A stretch of 64,000 nucleotides of DNA from an uncultured archaeon (GTDB taxonomy: Archaea; Altiarchaeota; Altiarchaeia; IMC4; SCGC-AAA252-I15): assembly GCA_964587725.1 (NCBI GenBank), contig CAZPLO010000004.1:1-64000 (forward strand), in the 5' to 3' direction. Shown piece by piece: positions 19,347 to 28,592 of the stretch (the first letter of the stretch is position 1; every line of letters begins with the position of its first letter). A program made the translations under genes and the position numbers. The notes under the pieces were generated by a model that had not been told where the DNA came from, searched no databases, and saw only the letters and a list, made by a program, of their open reading frames with translations.

Positions 19347-19739
19347 TCAGGTTTCCAGTTTCTTCCTCAACGCTATCTCGCGCTGCTCCCTGACTTCCTC
19401 GTAGTCGGGTTTCATCCGCAACACGGTGTCGTAGTCGGAAATCGCCTTCTCATAGTCCCTCTGGTATTCGTGGAGGAGCCCGCGGGTGTAGTACGCCTCA
19501 ACCAGGCCGGGGTCCAGCTCCAAAGCCCTGTCGTGGTCGTCTATGGCCTTGCCGAACTCCCGGAGACGAGTGTATGCGAGGCCGCGGTTGAAGTAGCTCT
19601 CCAGCATCTCCGGGTTGATTTCAAGGGCTTTGGTGTAGTGGTCTACGGCGCGCTCGTAGTCTCCGAGCTTGTAGTAGTCGTTGCCCAGGTTATGGTATTC
19701 GTATTCCATGTCTGCTTCAGGCACCCTCTCCACCTCCAT
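19347..19739 (-). CDS. tetratricopeptide repeat protein
   Basis: three TPRs (YHNLG, YFNRG, YYTRG). Confidence 0.9.
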   Translation of the reverse strand: MEVERVPEADMEYEYHNLGNDYYKLGDYERAVDHYTKALEINPEMLESYFNRGLAYTRLREFGKAIDDHDRALELDPGLVEAYYTRGLLHEYQRDYEKAISDYDTVLRMKPDYEEVREQREIALRKKLET

Positions 19740-19765
19740 AATATTTTGGGAGACGCCAATATAAA

Positions 19766-20137
19766 TCAGGCCTTCTCCTCAGCTTTGATGCGGCGCCACA
19801 GCTCCATGACCTCGGCGGGGTCGTCGATTTTCTCGTTTCCGAAGACGTGTGGGTGGCGCCTCACAATCTTGTCCTCGAGCTCCGCCATCACGTCGTCGAC
19901 GGTGAACAGCCCCCGTTCTTCGGCGATACGGCTCATGAACAGCACATGCCATAGTATGTCGCCCAGTTCCTCCCGGAGGTTGTCGTAGTCTTCCTTATCC
20001 AGCGCCTCCAGCACCTCCAGGGATTCGTTGCTGAAGTGGACTTTGAAGTCGTCCAGCGTCTGCTCACGGTCCCATGGACACCCGTCGGGGCCGCGCATAC
20101 GGGCCATCAGCTCCCTGAGTTCTTCGAAGGAGGTCAT
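19766..20137 (-). CDS. mazG: MazG nucleotide pyrophosphohydrolase (single domain)
   Basis: GCPWDREQT, EELGD, RRHPHVF. Confidence 0.9.
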   Translation of the reverse strand: MTSFEELRELMARMRGPDGCPWDREQTLDDFKVHFSNESLEVLEALDKEDYDNLREELGDILWHVLFMSRIAEERGLFTVDDVMAELEDKIVRRHPHVFGNEKIDDPAEVMELWRRIKAEEKA

Positions 20138-20190
20138 CGGATGTACTGTTTAGTTTTAACGATTATTAAATAATGAGTTAATGTGATACT

Positions 20191-21708
20191 GTGATACCGT
20201 ATTTCAACACGGCGGTGTGGATCACTATACTGGGGGCTGTGACCCTGGTGTGGCTGCTTTGGCGCGCGTGGAGGGGCGGCAGGCCCTCGAACGCGAGTTT
20301 GGGTGACGCCCTCGCCATTGAATCGTACTGGATGGAGTACCTGATAGCAGTGCTGCTGCTCTCTGCAGTGATACGGTTCTCCACGGTAGACCACATATCC
20401 ATCACATCCGACGAAGGGTTCTTCATATACAGCGCATGGAGAATGCACGGGGGTTTGGAACCTTACACTGGGTTCATACTCACCCAGCAGCCCCTGTACA
20501 TGTACGTGACCTCGTTCATATTCGGCGTCTTCGGGGTTGGGACGGTGCAGGCGAAGATTCTGCCGGTGCTCGCATCCACGGCCACCGTCGCGTTGACGTA
20601 CGTTTTTGCGTCACGGTTTTGGAGCAGGCGGCACGGCATATTTTCAGCTGCGGTGATAGGTCTGTCCCCTTATGTGGTGAAGTACACGAACGCGGCGACC
20701 GCGTATGCGGAGATAATACTCCTGAACATGGCAGCATCCTACCTGTTTCTCACTGCGGAGGGCGGCAGGAAACGACTCTTGGGGGCGGGGGCGTGCGTTG
20801 GAGTCGCGGTGTTTTATAAGATGCTGGGTGCGGCGGCGTTGGGGCCGATGGTAGTGTATGTTGTGTTAAGGGAGAGGAACAGGGTGAAAGACCTCGCGTA
20901 TGTAGGATTAGGAGCCGGCGTGGTGTTCGCTGTGGGGACGGCCCTCCTGTGGTCTCCGGAGTACGTGTACCAGGTGTTCGTGCACCACAGCCTGTACGAG
21001 GACGGCGGCCTCTGGTGCAAGGCGACCGGGTTGCTGAAGGTTCTGGCTGTGGACCCGTGGTTCATGGTTCCAGGACTAGCGGGCGCCGCACTGGCGCTGC
21101 GGACGCGGAAGCGGCGGCCCGCGGAAGACTACATGCTATTGTATCTTCTGTCGACGGTGCCGCTATTGTTCATTTTGAAGTACCTGTGCGGGTTCGCCCA
21201 CCCGTACCTCTATTTCACGCTGTCCATCCCGCCGATGGCTTTGCTGGGTGGGAAGACGGTTGAGGTTGTCCGTGAAAAACACGCGGTGGTGTTGGTTTCG
21301 CTGCTGCTAGCCACATCCGTCTCATACTACATCTACTTTGTGGCCGAATCCTACAACCATGCGGTCGTGGACGCGATGGCTGCGTACGTGGAAGAGAACA
21401 GTTCCCCCGGAGACCATATTATGGGGATGTCGTATCTCGCCTGCCCCGTCGCATTCAAGACCGGGCGGATGATTCCGCCGGAGTTCATGGAGTTCTTCCA
21501 CCTCCGCGTGGGCGTGGAAGGCTACGACGTAAACTATTACGTCAACGCCACCGACAATGTGAAGTATGCTATAATGTATGATGCACGGGAGTATCCGATC
21601 TTCAACCGGTTCCTTCGGGAGCATGCGACTGTGGAGAAGACATACGGGGTCTTGAAGCCCATACGGATATACCGGCTGGACTATATTAAACCGGAGCCCG
21701 ATATGTAA
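20191..21708 (+). CDS. GT-C (PMT/ArnT-like) membrane glycosyltransferase
   Basis: multi-TM, SDEG in first loop, QPLY, conserved K in FYK. Confidence 0.8.
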   Translation: MIPYFNTAVWITILGAVTLVWLLWRAWRGGRPSNASLGDALAIESYWMEYLIAVLLLSAVIRFSTVDHISITSDEGFFIYSAWRMHGGLEPYTGFILTQQPLYMYVTSFIFGVFGVGTVQAKILPVLASTATVALTYVFASRFWSRRHGIFSAAVIGLSPYVVKYTNAATAYAEIILLNMAASYLFLTAEGGRKRLLGAGACVGVAVFYKMLGAAALGPMVVYVVLRERNRVKDLAYVGLGAGVVFAVGTALLWSPEYVYQVFVHHSLYEDGGLWCKATGLLKVLAVDPWFMVPGLAGAALALRTRKRRPAEDYMLLYLLSTVPLLFILKYLCGFAHPYLYFTLSIPPMALLGGKTVEVVREKHAVVLVSLLLATSVSYYIYFVAESYNHAVVDAMAAYVEENSSPGDHIMGMSYLACPVAFKTGRMIPPEFMEFFHLRVGVEGYDVNYYVNATDNVKYAIMYDAREYPIFNRFLREHATVEKTYGVLKPIRIYRLDYIKPEPDM

Positions 21709-21713
21709 CTGCT

Positions 21714-23444
21714 ATGAGGAAACTGCTGGTGTTGTTTCTGCTAGCCAACCTGGCGTGCGCGGCGGAGCCTCCGATAACGCTGGAGTGGAGCAAGCCGGTG
21801 ATCAGGGGGATACACCGCACCGACTTCCTGGATTTAAACGGCGACGGAACCGTGGAGGTGTATGCCGTCAGCCTGGACCCCACCAGAACCACCATATACG
21901 TGTACGATCTCAGCGGCGGCGACATGTATGACACCGTCGTACCACGTCACGCTCAGAAGACTTACGGCGACGAGGACGTGGTTTCCGCCGCCGTGGCGGA
22001 CTTCGAGAAAGACGGTTTCCTCGACATAGTGTCGACGACGGAGATAGTGGCTGCGGCCGTCAACAACCACCGAGTCTACAGGTTCCAGCGCATCCCCGAG
22101 GAGGGACTGGACAGACTTTACAACCGCTTCGCATGGACTGTTAAGGACACCGGCCTAGTCACCAGTTTGAATCTGGCGGACGTCGACGCCGACGGGACGT
22201 TGGATATAGTCACATCCAGCGTCGACTACAGGATAAGAGCCTACAGCGCCGACGGCGAAGTCAAGACAGAGTACGTGCTTAATGGCAGCGTCTGGGACGC
22301 CGTTCCAGTGGAGGTGGGCAACGACTCCTCCCCAGAATACCTTGCCGCATGCTTCCGGGGACTCTACCTCGTAAACGACAACAGTGTAGCCCTGATTGAC
22401 GACGCCGAAGAACGATTCGACATAGCGTACGCGGCGGATGTGGACGGCGACGAACTCCCTGAACTATACGGCGTCCGCGACAACACGATACTGGCATACG
22501 ACCTTCACGGGGCTCTGCTGTGGAGCTACGGGTTGGATAACGTCGCCGACCTGGATTCAATGGACATAAGAGGCTCCGACAGCTACCTGGTTGCTGCAGC
22601 CGAGAAAACACTGACCTTCTTTGACCCTGAGGGCAGTGCTGTGTGGACGCACGACACCGGGTCTAGGATAAACTCGCTGGACACCCTGGATGAGCCGTCG
22701 ATGCTGTACGTCGGCACCGTGGACGGCCTCCAAGTTTACGGGGTCAACGAGGAGTATTTCAGGCGGATTGAAGCACGCGGGGAATACGAGAAAGCCCTGT
22801 CCAATATGGCTTCGGACGGGTTCAACCTCAGTCTCCAACACGCCAAACGGGCGGCTGAACTGTACCGGAGCCTGGGGTTGGTTGATAACCAGACCGCCGC
22901 GGAGGAGCTCGCAGTCAGGGCCGGACAACTCCTGGAGGCGCGGGAACTCTACCTGGAGGCCGAACGACACTATAACGCTGGCAGATACAACCTCAGCGTC
23001 GAATACGCGGGGCGGGCGCTTGACATGTACCGGAGCCTCGGATACGATGAGGGGGTGAACCGGTCCATGGAATTGGGGTTGGTGGGCGGCGAACGGGCGG
23101 AGGAGATAATAGCGTACGCCGGCAGACGGGAGACCGCAGACGAACATTATGCGTTGGCGGAGGCTTTGTACGTAAACGGCTCCTTCAGGGAGTCGGTGGA
23201 GTACGCCCGCATGGCCCTGGAAGAGTACGGCGAGATAGGGTACGGCGAGGGCGTCAGCCAGGCGAGGATGCTGGTGTCCCTGAACCAGGGCCTGGTTTCT
23301 GAGACCACCACCACGATGCCTCCAACAACCTCCACGCTTCCTGAAAGGGGGTTGGAGACGGACGACATAGCCTTCTACGGAATCCTCGGTTTGGCTGCGG
23401 CCATTGTGGCTGCGGCAGCCATCTGGAGCATAAAAAACAGGTAA
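21714..23444 (+). CDS. surface protein: FG-GAP/beta-propeller, TPR-like helices, Thr stalk, C-terminal TM
   Basis: signal peptide, DLNGDG/DVDADG/DVDGD repeats, ETTTT linker, TM plus KNR. Confidence 0.75.
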   Translation: MRKLLVLFLLANLACAAEPPITLEWSKPVIRGIHRTDFLDLNGDGTVEVYAVSLDPTRTTIYVYDLSGGDMYDTVVPRHAQKTYGDEDVVSAAVADFEKDGFLDIVSTTEIVAAAVNNHRVYRFQRIPEEGLDRLYNRFAWTVKDTGLVTSLNLADVDADGTLDIVTSSVDYRIRAYSADGEVKTEYVLNGSVWDAVPVEVGNDSSPEYLAACFRGLYLVNDNSVALIDDAEERFDIAYAADVDGDELPELYGVRDNTILAYDLHGALLWSYGLDNVADLDSMDIRGSDSYLVAAAEKTLTFFDPEGSAVWTHDTGSRINSLDTLDEPSMLYVGTVDGLQVYGVNEEYFRRIEARGEYEKALSNMASDGFNLSLQHAKRAAELYRSLGLVDNQTAAEELAVRAGQLLEARELYLEAERHYNAGRYNLSVEYAGRALDMYRSLGYDEGVNRSMELGLVGGERAEEIIAYAGRRETADEHYALAEALYVNGSFRESVEYARMALEEYGEIGYGEGVSQARMLVSLNQGLVSETTTTMPPTTSTLPERGLETDDIAFYGILGLAAAIVAAAAIWSIKNR

Positions 23445-23445
23445 A

Positions 23446-23535
23446 CTATTTCTTGACGTGCCGCATCTTCTTCCTGCGCTTCTTCAGCTTGTGTTTCCGC
23501 ATCTTCTGCAGCTTGCGCTTCTTACCGCATGGCAT
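23446..23535 (-). CDS. bS22/mS38 (AURKAIP1/COX24-domain)-like small basic protein, 29 aa
   Basis: MPCGKKRKLQKMRKHKLKKRRKKMRHVKK*; matches the MPxGKKRK..K...HK.KKR....RH.KK pattern; AT-rich TATA-like region upstream. Confidence 0.8.
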   Translation of the reverse strand: MPCGKKRKLQKMRKHKLKKRRKKMRHVKK

Positions 23536-23574
23536 ACTACTAATATAAATAGAACCGGTATAAATACTAAAAAA

Positions 23575-23790
23575 ATGAGTTTCATACGGAACGTCCTAGA
23601 CAGGTACAACGAACTCGATGAAGTTGACAGGAAGAACCTTTGGCTGGGGGTAGTAGGTGCGCTGCTGCTGCTTCTGCTGATGTTCAGTCTCGCGGACGTC
23701 TTCGGAAACCTTGACGAGATGCTCGGCCGCGGCGGAGAGGTAGTTAACCAGAGCCTCGCCGACGTGGAGAAAATAAACACCCTGAAGTAG
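23575..23790 (+). CDS. small single-TM membrane protein
   Basis: MSFIRNVLDRY..., one hydrophobic helix, 71 aa. Confidence 0.6.
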   Translation: MSFIRNVLDRYNELDEVDRKNLWLGVVGALLLLLLMFSLADVFGNLDEMLGRGGEVVNQSLADVEKINTLK

Positions 23791-23791
23791 T

Positions 23792-24610
23792 TCACCTGAT
23801 TATTACGCCGCCGTAGCCGACCACTGAAGAGTAGTCGCCGGTTGTGTCGCCGGACGTCATGTACTTCACCAGCTCGCCCTTTCGGGCACCCAGGCTCTTG
23901 CATGCGGCCAACACCACCGCAACCGGGGCGTACCCGCACATGCTGATGCCCCTGTCACGAACCTCCCTGAACAGTTTTTCGGGGTCCAGGACAGTGATGG
24001 CGTCCAACGCGGCGCGGTCGTTTTCCTCAGCCACCTCCTGTTTCTCGTAGTGGGTGAGGTCGGTGCTCGCCACCAGCGTCACCTTCGCGTCGACTTTGGA
24101 TATGACGTCCGCCACCGACTCACCTATTTCAACGCACACCTTCAGGAAACCGTCGTCGGGCGCGTAATGCCGGACGCTTACGGGCACAATCTGGAAGTCT
24201 TCCGAAAGATGCTGCATGAACGGCACCTGGACTTCGAGGCTGTGCTCCCTCTGCTGGGCGAACGGGTCCTCCTCCAGGTGGGGGGTGTGCTTGAATATCT
24301 CCTTCGCAAGCAGAGAGTCGACACGTACCTCACCCAATGGGTTAACCCACACGCCGTCGGTCATGATGCTGAAGTCCGCGCCGACGCCGTAGTGGTTGGG
24401 GCCGAGTATTATGAAGGTGTCGGCAGGGTTTATGCGGGAGTAGACCGCCCCCGCGACGTCGCCGGAGTACATGAGTCCCGCGTGGGGGCAGATTATCCCC
24501 AGCGCATCGGATTTCTCGGCTTCGGATTCCATGTGGGACTGCACCTCCTCCGTCAGCGCCTTCATGCCGCCGCTGTAGAACTGACCCGCCACCGCAGCCT
24601 GCCTTATCAT
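23792..24610 (-). CDS. MEMO1-family protein (AmmeMemoRadiSam protein B)
   Basis: AVAGQFY, PHAG..YSG, GPNH, EHSLEVQ, STDLTHY, SMCG, VVGY. Confidence 0.92.
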   Translation of the reverse strand: MIRQAAVAGQFYSGGMKALTEEVQSHMESEAEKSDALGIICPHAGLMYSGDVAGAVYSRINPADTFIILGPNHYGVGADFSIMTDGVWVNPLGEVRVDSLLAKEIFKHTPHLEEDPFAQQREHSLEVQVPFMQHLSEDFQIVPVSVRHYAPDDGFLKVCVEIGESVADVISKVDAKVTLVASTDLTHYEKQEVAEENDRAALDAITVLDPEKLFREVRDRGISMCGYAPVAVVLAACKSLGARKGELVKYMTSGDTTGDYSSVVGYGGVIIR

Positions 24611-24685
24611 GGTTGTTAATTAACTGCCTCGATTTAAATAGCTGTCTTCAGATGATTATATCTTTCAAAAGGTTTCTTTGGGAAA

Positions 24686-26083
24686 ATGAGCGGGCTGTTC
24701 GGGGTGATATGCGAAGGAGACTGCAGCGAACACCTGTTCCTGGGCGTGGACTACCACTCCCACCTCGGCACCCAGTACGGCGGAATGGCGGTGCTAAACG
24801 GCAATGGCGTGATAAAGAAGAGGATACACGACATAAGCCGAAGCCAGTTCAAGTCAAAGTTCTACTCAGAATACGAGGGGCTCGGGGGGAAGGCGGGGGT
24901 GGGTGTCATAAGTGACAGCAACGAGCAGCCGCTGGTTTTCGAATCCAAGTTCGGGTCCTACGCCCTCTGCACCAACGGGAGGATAAGGAACAAGAGGGAG
25001 CTCGCCTCCAGGATGATAGAGGAGGGTGAGACCTTCGCAGAATACTCAAGCGGCGGCGTAAACACCACCGAACTGGTCGCCACCCTCATCGGCGAAGGCG
25101 ACACAATATCGGCGGGGATAGAGCGTGTGTTCGACTCCATAGACGGGTCCATATCCCTGCTGCTCCTGAACCGGGACGGCGTATACGCGGCGAGGGACCG
25201 GCACGGCCGGTTCCCGCTGGTGGTGGCGGAATGCGAAAACGGGTGGGCTGTCGCCTCCGAAACGTGCGCATTCCCCAACCTGGGATACGAGGTCAGGAAA
25301 TACGTGGGCCCGGATGAGGTGGTGCTGCTGACCCCGTCCGGGATGAAGGAGGTGAGGGATGCCAGCCCCGGAAGCAGAGTATGTTCTTTCCTGTGGATAT
25401 ACACGGGATTCCCGGCCTCGAACTACGAGGGCATTAACGCGGAGGTGGTGCGGGAGCGCAGCGGCATGGCGCTGGCGAAACGCAACAACGTGGAAGCGGA
25501 TTTTGTGGCGGGGGTGCCGGACTCCGGAACCGCACACGCCATAGGTTACGCGCTGGGCTCGAAGCTCCCGTTCAGGCGGCCGCTGGTGAAATACACCCCC
25601 GGCTACGGGAGAAGTTACATTCCCCCGTCGCAGAAGACCAGGGACCAGATTGCGTTGATGAAGCTCATACCTAACAGGGACGTCATAGACGGGAAACGCA
25701 TAATACTCTGCGAGGACTCCATCGTCAGGGGCACGCAGCTGAAAAACTACACAGTCAACAAACTCTTCGACAGCGGCGCCAAGGAGGTGCATGTGCGGGT
25801 GGCTTGTCCGCCGCTGATGTTCCCGTGCAAGTACAACCTGTCCACGAAGACCGTGGACGAGCTGGCCGCCCGCAGGGCCATAAAAGAAATCGAAGGCGAC
25901 GTGGAAGATGTCAGCGAATACCTGGACCACCGCTCCGAAAAATACGGGAGGATGGTGAAGTGGATACGCAGGGACTTGGGCGTGACGTCGCTGGAGTACC
26001 AGCACCTCGAAGACATGATAGAGGCCATAGGGCTGCCGCGGGAGAAACTGTGCACCCACTGCTGGATGGGCGGAAACGACTAG
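24686..26083 (+). CDS. purF: amidophosphoribosyltransferase (N-terminal Ser variant)
   Basis: [29 protein letters not shown] loop, Fe-S Cys (CSF, CKY, CTHC). Confidence 0.9.
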   Translation: MSGLFGVICEGDCSEHLFLGVDYHSHLGTQYGGMAVLNGNGVIKKRIHDISRSQFKSKFYSEYEGLGGKAGVGVISDSNEQPLVFESKFGSYALCTNGRIRNKRELASRMIEEGETFAEYSSGGVNTTELVATLIGEGDTISAGIERVFDSIDGSISLLLLNRDGVYAARDRHGRFPLVVAECENGWAVASETCAFPNLGYEVRKYVGPDEVVLLTPSGMKEVRDASPGSRVCSFLWIYTGFPASNYEGINAEVVRERSGMALAKRNNVEADFVAGVPDSGTAHAIGYALGSKLPFRRPLVKYTPGYGRSYIPPSQKTRDQIALMKLIPNRDVIDGKRIILCEDSIVRGTQLKNYTVNKLFDSGAKEVHVRVACPPLMFPCKYNLSTKTVDELAARRAIKEIEGDVEDVSEYLDHRSEKYGRMVKWIRRDLGVTSLEYQHLEDMIEAIGLPREKLCTHCWMGGND

Positions 26084-26673
26084 GGCCAGAGGGTTAGCCT
26101 CTGGTCCTTGATGACGTCGGGTGTCGTGAACTCGACGACCGTGGTGGAGCCTGTACGGGGTATGAACTTTATTTTGACCTCCTTGTTCTCGGCTATGCCG
26201 CCTGCGGAGCCGCCGCTGCAGTCGGCGCAGCTGAACTTGACCTTGAGTATGTCGCCCCGGCTCAAATAGCCGAGGTCGTAGTCCGGCCCCTGCTTCACAT
26301 AGTATACTACGAACGTCTGCGTGTCCGGGGCGAGGTCGCCGTCTGAGACGTTGCCCCCGTATTCGAGGCTCTGCGATGTCGTGGAGGTGTCGACCAACAG
26401 GACGGTGTGGTTGAGGTTCAATGCCTGGCTTCCCGCCTGCAGCTTCGCAATCACCTCGAAGTATTCGAGGTCGTGGTCGTTGCCGTCCGTGGCCATCACC
26501 GACAGCACCTCCATGCCGGTGGCCACGCCCTCCTCGGTCTGGGAGCCGGTGGTCAACGCCCTCTGCTGAAGGCTCCCGGAGGTGTTGATTAAGACGGCCG
26601 CTGCCACGGCAGCCACCAGTATTACCGCTATGAATATGATGAGCGTGCCTATGCCCATCAAACCCCGGTCCAT
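26080..26673 (-). CDS. flaB: archaellin
   Basis: class III signal [37 protein letters not shown]. Confidence 0.92.
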   Translation of the reverse strand: MDRGLMGIGTLIIFIAVILVAAVAAAVLINTSGSLQQRALTTGSQTEEGVATGMEVLSVMATDGNDHDLEYFEVIAKLQAGSQALNLNHTVLLVDTSTTSQSLEYGGNVSDGDLAPDTQTFVVYYVKQGPDYDLGYLSRGDILKVKFSCADCSGGSAGGIAENKEVKIKFIPRTGSTTVVEFTTPDVIKDQRLTLWP

Positions 26674-26735
26674 GTAAAAGGATTGTGCGTCCGGGAATAA
26701 AAGAACTATATATTGGAGGAACCACATGTATTACC

Positions 26736-26933
26736 ATGGCCGAGATTCCCGTTGCGCCGATGGCGAGGATACTTAGGAAGGCCAACATCGACCGGGTCAG
26801 CGACGAAGCGGCCGTCGCCTTACGCGACGTATTGGAGGAGTACGCGGTGGGGGTGGCGGAGCGCGCCGGCAAACTGGCCCGCCACGCAGGCAGGGTTACG
26901 GTGAAGGCGGACGACATCAAACTCGCGAAATAA
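26736..26933 (+). CDS. archaeal histone (HMf family)
   Basis: MAEIPVAPMARILRKA..RVSDEA...HAGRVTVKADDI. Confidence 0.95.
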   Translation: MAEIPVAPMARILRKANIDRVSDEAAVALRDVLEEYAVGVAERAGKLARHAGRVTVKADDIKLAK

Positions 26934-27346
26934 TTACTTAAGCTCCGGGCCCTGGTGTGCGAAGTCAACGACCATGCGACTCGGCGGAGTATGCCCTGCA
27001 AGTATGCAGTAGTCTAGGTCGTCTGAGTGAAGCCTCATCTCATGTATGAGTTCCTTGGGGTTCTGAAGAACGGCTTGCTCCAGTCAGGCCGTGAGGTGAT
27101 TTCCTCAAAAAACCGTTTGTTCTCCGGTTTGGAAACCACCTCATCCTTTATCCGGATATATTCTCTCATAACTCTCTCGTCTTCATCAGACACCTCTCCA
27201 GGATTCGTCGACGCCAGCACGCGGCTGGACTTCAGACCCGACTTCACACCCTCCAAGACCTGCAGGTAGTAGTTGCGTGACAGCTGCTCCAACGGCAGAT
27301 TCTTAAGGTCATCCCGCCGACCGGCTGCTTCCTTATGCATGTTCAC
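26934..27346 (-). pseudogene. hypothetical protein, probably frameshifted near 27083 (or an assembly indel)
   Basis: listed ORF 27035-27346; a shifted frame continues LEQAVLQNPKELIHEMRLHSDDLDYCILAG...ELK* to a TAA at 26934-26936 that abuts the histone stop. Confidence 0.55.
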
Positions 27347-28563
27347 CCCGTGTGGATGTTGTTTTTGACGACGCTGCCCGCGTCCACGTAGGCGTTGGGG
27401 TAGATTATGCGGCCAGGCATTATGGAAACGTTTATGCCGGTTTTCACGTTGTCGCCCATGAGGCAGCCGAATTTCCTGCGGCCGGACTTAACCATCTCGT
27501 CCCTGACTTCGATGGCTATCTCTCCCTCGTCGAAACGGAGGTTAGCGACCTTCGTGCCGGCGCCGAAGTTGCAGCCCTCCCCGATGATGCTGTCGCCTAA
27601 GTAGCTGAGGTGGCCGACGTGGGTGCCGGACATGAGTATGCTGTTCTTTATCTCCACTGCATTCCCGACTTTGCAGCCGTCCATGACGACAGTGTAGGGG
27701 CGGATGTAGCAGTTCGGCCCCACCACGCAGTCCCTTCCGATGTAGACCGGACCCTCTATGTATGCGCCTGATTTTATGAGAGTGCCGGCGCCGACGGAGA
27801 CGTCGCCCTTCAACACCGCATAGTCTTCGACGACGGCCTCCTTGCTGACCCCGTGTTTTATGGACTTCATCACGATCTCGTTCGCGTCTAGCAGGTTCCA
27901 CGGGACGCCGATGTCAATCCACTGGCCTCCGCACGTGAACCCGTGCACCCGACCATCTTTTATGAGCTTCTTTATGGCGTCTGTGAGCTCGTACTCCATC
28001 CTGCTGGATTTTTTGATGCCCCTGAGGACGGGGAATATGCTGGTGTTGAAGACGTAGACTCCTGCGTTCGCCAGGTTGCTGGCCGGCCTCTTAGGCTTCT
28101 CCGTCAGCGACTTCACCTTCGTCCTACCGAGTTCGACGATGCCGTATGCGCTGGGGTCGCGCACCTCCACCAACGACATGCTCGTCTCCGACTTATGGTT
28201 TCTGTGCTGCTCAAGCAGCGTGGACAGGAACCCGCGGGTTACGAACGAGTCCGCGTTCATGGCTATGAACTCGCCCTTCAACCGGCCCTCGGCCACGGCG
28301 AGGGCGTCGCCGGTGCCCAACTGCTCCCTCTGCCCCATGTAATTGAGCTTCATGCCCCTGAACTTGGAGCCGACGCAGCCTTCAATAACCTCCCTCCTGT
28401 AGCCGACCACCAGGTGAACGTTTTTCACGCCCACGCAGTCGAGGGCCTCCAGGTTCCATTCGAGAATCGGCTTCCCCGCCACGGGCAGCATGGGCTTAGG
28501 CCTCGTCACGGTCAACGGCCTCATCCGGGTGCCCTCGCCCGCCGCCAAAATGACCGCATCCAT
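27343..28563 (-). CDS. bifunctional sugar-1-phosphate nucleotidyltransferase/acetyltransferase (archaeal GlmU-like)
   Basis: LAAGEGTRMRPLT..RPKPM and C-terminal hexapeptide repeats (HLSYLGDS). Confidence 0.92.
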   Translation of the reverse strand: MDAVILAAGEGTRMRPLTVTRPKPMLPVAGKPILEWNLEALDCVGVKNVHLVVGYRREVIEGCVGSKFRGMKLNYMGQREQLGTGDALAVAEGRLKGEFIAMNADSFVTRGFLSTLLEQHRNHKSETSMSLVEVRDPSAYGIVELGRTKVKSLTEKPKRPASNLANAGVYVFNTSIFPVLRGIKKSSRMEYELTDAIKKLIKDGRVHGFTCGGQWIDIGVPWNLLDANEIVMKSIKHGVSKEAVVEDYAVLKGDVSVGAGTLIKSGAYIEGPVYIGRDCVVGPNCYIRPYTVVMDGCKVGNAVEIKNSILMSGTHVGHLSYLGDSIIGEGCNFGAGTKVANLRFDEGEIAIEVRDEMVKSGRRKFGCLMGDNVKTGINVSIMPGRIIYPNAYVDAGSVVKNNIHTG

Positions 28564-28592
28564 CTTATATGAAAAGGTATCAGGGGTTTAAA

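Noticed and set aside
23446-23535. Ribosomal protein eL41 assignment
   Set aside because: Lacks the W-containing MRxKWxKKR start; the pattern fits bS22/mS38 better
25046-27001. 651-aa minus-strand ORF
   Set aside because: Shadow frame overlapping purF, flaB and the histone; R/H/P-rich composition typical of GC-rich off-frame ORFs
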